Made by a program: the position numbers and the translations under genes
Shown: piece after piece, positions 8,297 to 20,200 of the stretch
How the letters are laid out: each line of letters opens with the position of its first letter
Numbering within the stretch: position 1 is the first letter of the stretch
The notes under the pieces: generated by a model
Database searches by the model: none
Seen by the model: the letters and a program-made list of their open reading frames with translations, nothing else
Told to the model about the DNA's origin: nothing
DNA from: a virus
Lineage: Duplodnaviria; Caudoviricetes
IMG/VR virus record: IMGVR_UViG_3300028048_000040
Span: 128,001 to 192,000 of that record
DNA: 64,000 nucleotides
Direction: 5' to 3' (one strand)

Positions 8297-11200
8297 ATGG
8301 CAAGCAATAGCATTGTAGACTATCTTAAAAATGTAGGTCAATCTGTTAAGTTTGCTGCTATCGAAAGTGTAACTGAAAAGACGCCTAATCTACAAAAAGT
8401 ATTTGGTGAAAACAACAAGAAATATGTTCAAGAACTCTATAAAGATGTGAATCAACATAGACAAGAATTGAATATGATTGATCGCATTAGAAATGCGACT
8501 GTTTTCAAACAGATATCTGTAGGTTGGGATAATCTAAAGGATTCTATCAAAACTGGTAAATTCAAGGATGATTCTAGAAGTACTGGTTTTGATGAGATGG
8601 AAATGATGTTCGCAATGATGGGAGATGACTTCTTAGGTGGAGATTCAGATCTTATCGAAGCTGAAATGAATGGAGAAGAAACAGGCTCAACTAACGATCA
8701 TCGAATCCGTGGTATACCAGAAATCACTAAAGGTGATGCTCTTGTTGCAACAGCATCAGCTACAGCAACAAAGAATGCAGCCTCTACTATATCTAAAGCC
8801 ATTGTTAGATCTGCTGAATTAACAGATATAACTGCAAGAAAGTCTACAAATTTACAATTAAGGGCCCTGCAACAACAAGCAAACATTTTATCTAGTGGTT
8901 TTCAACAACTATCTAGCTCATTGCATACCATAAATCAATTTAATAATCAAGTTGTCATAACTCATGCTCAAAATAGCAGAATGTTCTTTGAACAAGCCAC
9001 TGCATTAGCTCAAGAGAGAAATGCTATTCTTAGAGAAATGCTAGAAATGCAGCGTGAAACCTTTGGTGCTACAATGAAATCAAATCTGTCTTCTGATGCA
9101 AATGATTTGACTAAAATGAGTAAAATCTTTGATAAAGAAAAAGGATTTGATTTAAGAGCCTATATGAGCTTAATGCAAAAGAGAATGAAAGAAACTCCTA
9201 TTGGAATGATGATGATGTCTATAAAGATGCTTCCAATGATGATAGGAGAAGTAGTTCAAAATCCATTGCATTATATTGCTAAAATGGGTATAGATTCAAT
9301 CATAGATAATAGTCTTAAGAAAGCTATTTATAATATAGATCAGTCAATAAGTGGAATGATATCTACTGGACTAGCTAAACTTGCTAATTATGGTAAAGAT
9401 AAAGCTACTAAGAATACATTGTTAGGTCAAATAGCTAGTTTTTTTGGTGTAAGAAATGAAAATACTAGATTATCTGCAGTAGATACTTCTAAATATAATA
9501 AAGAAGCAATTCAATGGAATGGCATTGCTCAAAAAGCTTTAGTAGAAGTTATACCAGGTCATTTAAGAAGAATAGAAGCTGCTCTTACTGGTGAAGGAGA
9601 AAGAGTATTCGATCTCCAATCTGGTAAGTGGTCTACAATGAAAAAAGTAGCTAATATAGAAAAAGATATAGATCGCAAAGTATTCAAAGAAACTTTCTCT
9701 AAAGAGAAGAATCAACTTCTTAATATGATGCAATTTAAAAATAGAGGAGAAATGAGAGATTGGATTAAAGCTCTTGATAGCTTCTTTAAAGGAGTTAGAA
9801 ATAGAGGTATGGTGGATTATAACCATATTAGAGAGAAATCTAGTGAATATGGAGATAATGAAAATATAGTTAAAGCTATAGCATACATGATCCATTCTGG
9901 TGGATTAGATTCTTCTCAGATATTCAATCTTACTAATAAAATCAATGAAGGTAATGCTAAGAAAGCTGCTATGATAAGAGATCTTAGCCCAGCTAATCAA
10001 TCTCTTGTAACTGAAGCAGTTAATAATTCTTATAATGCTAAATGGGCTGCTGGTACTGGATCTATATATGGTGCAAATGGTAAACAGCAAGTAGATAAAA
10101 ATGGTAGATGGTTATCAATGCCATTTAATGATCTTACTAAACTTACTGATACCAGAGGATACACATTATATGATTATCAATATAATATTCTTCAAACTCT
10201 TTTAAATATGCAAAGATCTGGTGGATTAGGTGGTGGAAGACCTGCAGGCCCTGTAGGACCAGTTGGACCATCTAATGGTGGTATACCAATTCAGAATCCT
10301 CAGAATATAATAGCTGGTGGATTGGTAAGAACTGGAAATACTTTCACTAATGCTGTTCCATCAGAAGCAAAAGATCCAAATTCTGCTCAAAGACAGCATG
10401 CTGCTAATCTAGTACAAAAAGCTCAAGAAAAATCAATATCTAGAAGAGCTCTTTATCATCCAGATAAAAGTGGATTAGATGAAGAGCAAAAACTCGACTT
10501 CTCTGTAGAAAGAATTAAAAATGCAAGTAAAGAAGAATTAGAAGAAATGATAGCTCATATGTATTTTGCTGGTCAAACTGGTAAAGAATATAGAGCTAAT
10601 ACTAAAGTAGCATCTTCTGGTGGAATATTTGGAGATCTTAAATCTGCTGCTAGAGGTTTAGGAGTTTCAAGTATTGATAGCTTCATGGCAGATATGCAAG
10701 AAGCAACTTCTATTGCAGATAAATTCAATGTTGTTGGCGAAGCATTAAGATCAATGACTTCTGCCCCTCAAAAGATATTAACTTCAGTTCTTACTGAAGC
10801 AGATAGATTCATGTATGAATTTATGTTTGGAAATCCTGTAGGCACTGAAAAGGATGAGAATGGTAAACCGATAGAAGGATTCTTTGGTAAAGTTACTCAT
10901 GAATTTGGTAAAACCATGGATAATCTCAATAATAAATTCAATGAGTGGTTTAAAGATACATTCAAAAAAGGTGCTGGTGGAATAGCAGGATTTTTCAAAG
11001 GAGTTCTTGAAGATTATTTCAATATTGATGTAGATGAAAAGGTTGAACAGGCTAAACGCCACGTGAAGAAATATACTAATAAAGTCAAAAAAGGTGCATT
11101 ATCTGCTGGTGCTGATCTATTTGGTATTGCCAAAGAAGCAGTATTAGGAACAGCTCAAGATATGGGTATTTATGAACCAGATGAAGAGGAGGAACAAAAA

Positions 11201-14200
11201 AAAGAGCAACAAACTCCTCCTACAGCATATAGAGGAATTAGAAAATATGATTCTAAATATGGTATAGGTGTAGTAGGTCCTGGTGAAAAAATAATATCTC
11301 CAGGTAGAGGAAAGGTATTAGATAATACTACTGGTTATAAAGTATATGCTTTGCAATATGGAGATTCTGTAATACCTTCTTATCTAAATACATCTAATGC
11401 AGGCAGAGGCAGAGTAACTCCTCAATCTCTTGCATCTCAAGAATATAATGAAAAATCTTTAGCTAAAAGTATAGCAAGAGGCAATGTACCAATATTAGGT
11501 ACATTTAGTGGTGCTAATGCATCATGGAAAGATATAGGTGGATGGATAGGAGAGCTTAAACGTAAAGAGCAAGAAAGATTTGAGCATGGAGATGGAACTC
11601 CTAAATTAGAAGATGCTAAATCAAAACGTGGATTCTTCCATAACTTTGTAAATTGGATGACTGGTTATAATGAACCAGAATTTACTGAAGATCAAATCAA
11701 AATGCAAGAGTTCATTAAAGATATAGTAAATAGTGCTACTAAAGCTGCTATTGAAGCTAATGGTGGAGCATTTGAAGATGAAGAATCAAAAGGAAGATCT
11801 ATTACACAAGCTGGCTTTGAAATGGCTGGTAAACTAAGAAGAGGTAATGTAGATCTTAATACTAATGAATTCCAAGAAGCATTAAAAGAAGTTCTCGCTA
11901 TGAGTGAGAATATCAAAGATCCAGATTTTAGAGATACACTTCAATTTATTTTAAATACTGCTGGATATAAAGGTGAATTTGATACTGTAGATGATTCTAA
12001 AAAAGTAAGAAGATCAAGAAGAAATAATCTATTTGTTGGTGTAAATCAATTTATGGATAATGCCTTTGGTATTGATTCTAAAAAAGCAATAGATACAGCA
12101 GATAAAACTATTAGAAAGAATCTGCCAGAACTCGCTAAAGGTGGAACATTTGGTGCTTTATTAAGTACAGTTCTTCCTCTTGGTGGTCCTTTAATGGGTG
12201 CACTTGTTGGTGCTGGAGCTTCTGTATTAACTAATAGCAAATCTTTCCAATCCTATATGTTTGGAACAGAAATAACAGATAAAGATGGAAATGTAATAGA
12301 TAGAAAAAATGATGGTATTGTATCAAGAAAAACTGTAAAAGCTATTCAAAGATATTTACCAGATGCTAAGAAATATGGTATTACAGGTGCATTAGCAGGT
12401 CTTGTTCTTCCTTTTGGTCCACTTGGTGGTTTGATGATTGGTGCTGGTGCTTCTTTCTTAAAGAACAACAGTAGATTCCAAGAATTTATGTTTGGTGAAG
12501 AAGGAGGCTTAATCAATAAAGATAGAAAAGAAAGAATCAAGAGAGCTCTTCCAAATATAGGTGTCGCTACACTAGGAACGTTATTCCTCGGACCTTTTGG
12601 TATCGTAGGTAACGCTATGCTTGGTGCTGGTCTAGGTATTTTATCTACAACAGAATCATTTAAACGTATTATGCTCGGTTCTAAGGATCGTAATGGTATA
12701 AGACGTGGTGGTTTAGCTGATATTATTAGAAGGCAAATTACAGACCCATTCAAGAAATCAATGCAAGATATTCAAACTAGATTAGCTGCTTGGTTCAAAG
12801 ACGATCTATTCAATCCTGTAGCTAGAACTATTAAACCACTTGGTAGAAATATTACTGGTGAAATATCTAGACTCCTTAGATGGGGAGCAGGTCAAATCTT
12901 TGGTAAGAAAGATGAAAAAGAAAAATCAATATTTGGTAAATATGGACTCAAATCTGTAGATAGAATGCTGGGATTGGTTCGTAATGCTGGTGGTCTAGGT
13001 AAATTTATTACTGGTGGAATAGGCAATGTAATTGGTGCTGGTGCACATGCACTAGAAAATCAAGTAGGTAAGAGATTAGAAAGAAGAGCTTTCAGAAAAG
13101 GATACTATGAAGATGGTACTCTTGCTGATGAAAGAATGGCTCGTGGTGCTGAATTAGGTCTTGATGCAAATAATGCAGATCAATATGCATTAGGTGGTTT
13201 AGATCAGTTAATGGCTAAACTAGAACAGGGGCCAAATGCTCAGAAGAACCTAACATCTTTAGCAGCTGCATTAAGTGCTATTCAATCAAGAACTGAAGGT
13301 ACAGACGATAACCTCAATAGACAAATAGCTGCAGAAAGAGATAATATTATTTCTAATTCTGAGAAGCTATATTCTGATTATCTAAAGAAGAATCCAACAG
13401 AAAAGAATCCTCATGATCTATATCGAAAAGTAGAATCTATGAGAGATAAAATGCTCAAGATGGCAAAAGCAGAAAACTTTAATCCAGAAATAGCTCAAGG
13501 TGAATTTGCAAAAGAATTAGCTAAATCTGATCTTCCTAGAGAGATAAAAGATCAAATGATGGAATTGTTCTTAGATTCTGGTGGCTCTATAGCCAAATTC
13601 CAGAGTGCTAAAGATAATCTAAGTAAACGTAACTATGCTGAAGCAGAAATAGCCAAACTATTAGGATATAATGTAGACGAACAGCAATATGATAAATTAG
13701 ATGAAAGTGTCAAAAAACAAATAGAAGCAATAAAGAAACACCCAGAAGCAATATCTGCTGTTAATAATGATATTAGAACTCTAAAAGAAAGAGCAAGCTC
13801 TGATGAGTCTGCTGCAGCAAAACTAAAAGATCAAGTAACTGATCCTGGAGATCTGTCTATAATCAATAATATGGAAAAACAGGTAGATCAGAATGATGTT
13901 ATCATTGCCACTTTAGAGCATATAGCTAATATACTACAGACTAATGATCCCAAGAAAAGAGAAGAGCTTCAAGCTCAATTTAAAGATACTCTAGATAAAT
14001 ATAGAGGTACTGGAAATAGCGATAAGATAAATAATGCTATTGCTAATGCCAAAATAGCATCTCAAAGAGCTAAGAATCAAAAAGACAAAGATGATGCTAA
14101 AGTAGAACAAGGTAAAGATTTAAATAAAGAAATCTATGATGATTCTTACTTTGACCCAGATAAAGCTATCAATAATCCAGAGATAAAAGCTAAATTCGAA

Positions 14201-17200
14201 AAAGATCATGGAAAATTACTTGAAAATTGGCACGATCAATACCAGAAAGGTCTGCTATCAACAGAAGACTACTATCGTAGAAGAAATGAGTTATTAAAAG
14301 GTACATGGGATGAATACCATGGCAATACAACAATGGGTGCTATTAAGCACGATATAAAACTAGTTGGTGGTAAAGTTGCTAAAGCAGCTAATTCAATTAC
14401 AGAGAAAAGAGAAAAAGCTCTAGATTATATAGACGAAAAGACTACAGACTTCTTAAATGAAGCTCCTGATAAAATAAAAGAAAATATAGTAGAACCAACA
14501 GCAGAAGCTTTTGGTATGGTATCTAAACCTATCATAGCAGGTTTCCAGATGCTAGGTAAAGCAGTAATTGGTTTAGCTAGAAAGATATCTGGAGAGTATG
14601 AAACAATTGCTGATAAAGCAAATCCGATGTCAAATATTGAGAAAGATCAAACAGACAAAAATATTCCTCCTACAGCTACATATGGTTTACCATTCTTTGG
14701 TACATTTGCTGGTGGTACTGCTGCTGCAGGCGCTGCCAAATCAGGTGGTGGATCATTAATAGGTTCTGTTCTCAAAGGTGCTCTTGGTGGAGCTAAAGAC
14801 TATTTTACTGGTGGATCAAGTGATAAGAAAGAAGAACCTTCAAACAATGTAAAAGAAGTTCAACAATCTACTCCTTCTGCAGGAGAAGTCAAATCTACAG
14901 CTGGTCTCGTGGCATCCTTCGACCACTCTAAGGCGAATGGTGGTGCTCCCGATATCAATGCTAAAGATAATGTATCTTATACATCTGATGCTGATGGTAA
15001 CCTAGTGGCTATCGTAAAAGGGCCAGATGGAACACCAATGAAATTAAAGAACAAAGATAATGCTGAAATTGAAAAGAAACATCAACAAGAATTTGAATTC
15101 AAAGAAAGATCTGCAAATGCATTAGAAGCAATTGCTGCTAGATTAGGTGCCAAAGTTAAAGGTGTGGGTAAAGCCATAGCTGATGCTGGTGGTGGACTAC
15201 TTGGCGGTTTGCTAGATTCTATAGGTGGACTCATAAACACATTGTTCCTTGGTCTCCCTGTAGGTACATGGTTGATTAGCAAACTTAAATCTTTACCAGG
15301 CAAATTATTCAAATTATTAGGAAAACTAGTTCCAAATTCAATCAAAAAATTCGGTGCCGATTTAATGGCAAAAGTTGCAAAACTTCCTGGGAAACTAGGA
15401 GAAATGGTAGGAAAAGGTTTCGCTTCTGTTAAATCATTAGTAGGAAAGAAACTAGGTCAAATAGCTCCTTCACTTACCAAAAACTTAGTAAAATTATTAT
15501 CAAAGAGTAGAGTAGGTGCGCTATTACTTGGTGGTGGTGCAGTTGCTACTGGTGCTCTCAAAATGTTTGGTGTTATAGATGATGATGATAAAACTCCATC
15601 ATTACCTCCTGGATCAAAAGTGATAGAAAAAGAAAATGGTTCAAAGGTAGTTGTAGATGAAAATGGTAAAGAACTAGATATTCCAGCAGAAGAAGTAGAA
15701 TCTGAAGAAGATTCTGGTATGAGTGCTGGTAGTCTTGCTAAAACAGCAGTAGCTGGTTATGTTGGTCGTGAAGCTGCTAAAAAAGTAGGATTAAAGAGTG
15801 CAGGTGGTAGAGCTGCTGGTGCAACACTTGCTAATATAATTGCTAATGGTGGAGAAGTAGATGCTGGTACTATAGCTGATTTTGGTATGTCTTATGGAGC
15901 TGAAAAGCTAATAGATAAATTTAGTGGAAATAAAGTACCAACAACTGGTTTAGAAGCAGAAGGTCCTAAAAATAGACCTGCAGGTCAATATAGAAATGCT
16001 ATAGAAGCTAAGAAAGCTGAGATTGCTCAAAGAAAAGCAACAGAAAAGAGTATAGCTCGTCATCAAAGAAAACTTGCACAACAAGCTGCAAAGAGTGGAG
16101 CCAATGTAATTGAAAACAATGCAACTAATCCATCCATTTGGGATAAAGCTAAAAATGCTGCTAGCAGTCTAAAAGATTGGGCATCTAGTAAATTCTCAAC
16201 TGGTACAGAATCAGCCAAAAGTATATTCAAGACTGGAATGAATTCTGAAGTAGCTAATAAGCTCAAAGATACTACTTCTTTGGTTAAAGATACTTCTAAA
16301 CAAGGTGTAGAGGCTGCTGTTGGTAAAATTAGATCTGCTATGCAAACTGTAGTAGAAGCTGCAGGAAAATGGCTACCAGGCAAGACTGTTGGGGAGGCTG
16401 TATCTAATTTCTGTAAGAAAATTATGGAAAAGGTCACATCTTCTCAAGGTATGCAAATACTCCAAAAGAAGTTATCTCAGCAAGCTGCTACAGCTGCTGG
16501 AGGTGCTGCTCTTGGTATTGGTGCCGTTGCAATAGGAACTATGTTCTGCGTAACTTCTTTTATTAGTGGTTACAATCATGCAGCAGAACAATTTGAAGTT
16601 CAAGAGTCTGTTGTTACTAATGGTATGAAAGTAATATCTGGTTTAGTTCATGCCATTCATTGTGCTATTGGATTAATTCCTATAGTTGGATTAGCTTTTG
16701 CATTGATAGTATCTCCAAAACAGATGCTTGATTATGCTATAGACTTAATTGGTCCAGCAGTAGGATTATCAAGACAAGATTTACAAAAATTACAAAAATC
16801 AGGTCAAAGTGTAGTAGAAAATAATGTTAAAGCTGCTCAAGAATATGGTAAAGGCAATCCTGAAATCAATGATAACCATTCTGGTGGTGGATTCTTTGAT
16901 ACAGTTAAAGAAACTGCTGCTGGTGCATGGGATAAAGTTAAAAGCGTTGCATCCTCTGCTTGGGAAGGAGTTAAATCTGGAGCAAGCTGGGTAGGAGATA
17001 AAATTTCAAGTGCTGGAAGTTGGATCAAGAATAAACTTACTGGTCAAGGTAAACACTCTACTTATGGTAGAGGAGGATTATTTGGAACTGGATTCCACTC
17101 TCAATTAGATCCTGCTATTGCAGGTATGGGATTCAATGTATCTGGAGATACAGAAAAACAAACTGTAAAAGATTCTGCTTGTGGTCCAATGGCTATGGCA

Positions 17201-20200
17201 AATGCTCTTGAATCAGTTGGTGTATCTGTAGATGATAAAGATATTATTAATAAAACTAAAGGTGGAAAAGAGAAGAATGGTGGTACACCAGACTATGTAC
17301 TCAATAGATACGCTAATAATCAAGGAATCGCTACTAAATCTGTAGGAACATCTGAAAAAGATCTTGCTAACTCTCTTAAATCTGGTAAACCATTAGTACT
17401 AATGGGTCAGAATAATATGGGAGAAACAGATAAAGATCCATTTGCAGAAAATCCACATTACGTTACTGCTACTGGACTAGATAAAGATGGTAATGTAATA
17501 ATAAAAGATCCAGAATCATATCAACCAGTTAAGACTTATAAACTTAGAGATATTGCTCAAAAGACTACTATTGCTACTGAATTAAGTAAAGACAGAGAAC
17601 CTAAATTCTCTGAAGGTGCAAGTTTAAAAGAAATAATGGCATGGAAACTAAGACATGCTGGAAGATCAAAATGGGGTAGAGAAAGATCTAATGGTAATGC
17701 TGAATTACTATGGAACCATCTGAAATCTAAAGGATTATCAAATCAAACCATATCTGGCATGTTGGGTAATTTCGCTGCTGAATCTGGTTGGAGATCTTCT
17801 GCTGTACAGAGTCCATCAGGAAAACCAATAGATTCGGATACAATGACTATAGATGGGAAAACAGGATATGGACTAGCTCAATGGACAGACAAGGGTAGAC
17901 AGCAAAGATTGCGCAGTTTCTTACAATCAAAAGGATTACAAGATTCAGATTATAAGGGTCAATTAGATTTTGTTCTTTCTGGTCAAGATGGTGATGTATC
18001 TAATCTATTCAAAGAAATGGACGGGATGACTCCAGAAGCAGCTGCAGAAAAATTCTGTGCAGCATATGAGCGTCCAGCAAAAGATAACAATGGTGTTTGG
18101 TTAGGACTTGCTACAAGAAAACAAAGAGCAAGAGAATTATTTCAAAAAGAAGGTAAAGGAGTAACATCAAGTAGCTCCTTCTCAGGAGGTTCGAGTTCAT
18201 CTTCTGGAGCTGCCGAGATTGCTCAAGAAGAACAAGAACCTGGAATTCTTGGAGCAATTGCTCAAGTACTTAATAAAATAAGGTCAATAACAGATATATT
18301 TGGTACTAATTCTTCATCATCTAGTGGGACTCCTGGTTCTATTAGTGGTGGATCTGTAAATTATCAAGATGCTGCTAAAAAGATAGTAGAATGTGCATTA
18401 GCATATGAAAAATCTAAAATTCAATACGGTCAAGTTAATCCTCCTTCTCCTCCAAAAGACGGTGGACAGTGTGACTGCTCTGGTATGGCTCAAAACTGTT
18501 ATAGAGCAGCTGGAATAGAAATTCCTAGAACAGCTGATATTCAATGTGCTTTCTTTAAGAAGCATAATGCTACATTTACCGGAGATATGAAACAGCTCAA
18601 AGCTGGTGATCTAGTATTTACTAGTGATTCTAGTGGAGAAGTTGATCACGTATTCGTATATATTGGTGATGGTAAAGCTGTCAACCTAGGTGGAAGAAAT
18701 GGCAAAGGTTCAAATGGTGGAGATGCTCGTCTATATAATGGATGGGATCAAATCAAAGCAGGTATTGAATGGCACAAGGGCCCAGCAACATTTGGTAGTC
18801 TAGAAAAGCTTTGTGCTGCTACTGGTCAAACTCAAGCTACAGGCACTGGTTATTCAGGATATGGACCTAAAAGATCTTCAACTAATAGAATTATCATTCA
18901 TCACACTGCTGGAGCTAAAGGTATTGATCCAAGTGCAGCAGAAATAGATAAGATGCATAAAGGAAATGGTTGGTCAGGAATTGGCTATCATTTTGTTATT
19001 CGCAAAAATGGTACTATAGAAAAAGGTAGAGCTGAAGATGAACAAGGAGCTCATGCTGAAGGTGCCAATAAAGATTCTATTGGTATTCATGTAGGAGGAA
19101 ACTTCGAATTAGAAAGCCCTACTCAACAACAAATTGCTTCATTAGTAAAATTATTACAACAACTTTGCAAGAAATACAATATTCCTATTGATAGAAAACA
19201 TATTTTAGGCCATAAAGAAGTAGGTCAAACTGCATGCCCTGGTGCAAATCTTTACAGTCAATTAGATTCGATAGTTGCTCAAGCAGCTGGAGGAAAAGGA
19301 AAATCAAGATTTTGTAAAGACAAACCCAATGTGCCAGATATACTAAAAGAAAAATCAAATAAATTTGGTAAAGGTAAATCAAAATATGGTAGAAGTATAT
19401 TCAGTGATATATCAAATTGGTGGAATACTAGAGATCAAAGAAATGCTAGAAGATATGCTGGTCAAGATGATTCTTTAGCAGCAAGATATGGACATGATTC
19501 AGAAAATGAAGGATATGTTGCTCCAACAGTATCTACAACAGATCAAATGGCAGATCAAAGAGATGAAGAATTTAGTGGTCAAGAAAAAATAAGAACAATG
19601 TCTTCTGAAGAACTTGCTGAAGCAGAAGAAGCTGGAAATGTTATTAAATCTATAGCTCAAAAGAAATCTACTGGAGAAGATGCTACTAATGAAGAAATTC
19701 AAAAAGCTGCTAAAGAAGGAAACTTAGAAACTGGAGATCAAACAGTACAAAATATAACCGAGCAGCAGCAAAAAGCTTCTCAAACTAATCTAATGGATAA
19801 ATTCTTCGGTGGTGTTGGCGCTAGATTAGATGCAATTGGAGCTAAATTAGCTCCTATCAAAGATATGATTAGATCAAAACTTGGTTCTGTTATTGGAGAT
19901 AAATTTGGCAAATTTGCTGATTTAATTGGAGATCCTCTTAAACATTTTGGAGGTCTTTTTGGTTCAAATAATAGTAGTTCTTCAAGTGCTGATGGTTCAC
20001 ATGGCGGTGGAGGAGGAACCTTTAATGGTGATGCTACAGCTATACCTGCTACTGGTTCTGCTGCCGCTGCTTTAAAGAAAGCACTCAATTGTGAAATCAC
20101 TAGTCAATTTGGTCCACGTAGTAGTGGAGTGCACCATGGTATAGATTATGGTATTGGTACAGGTACTCCTGTTCCTACTGTAACTGATGGTGTGATTGAT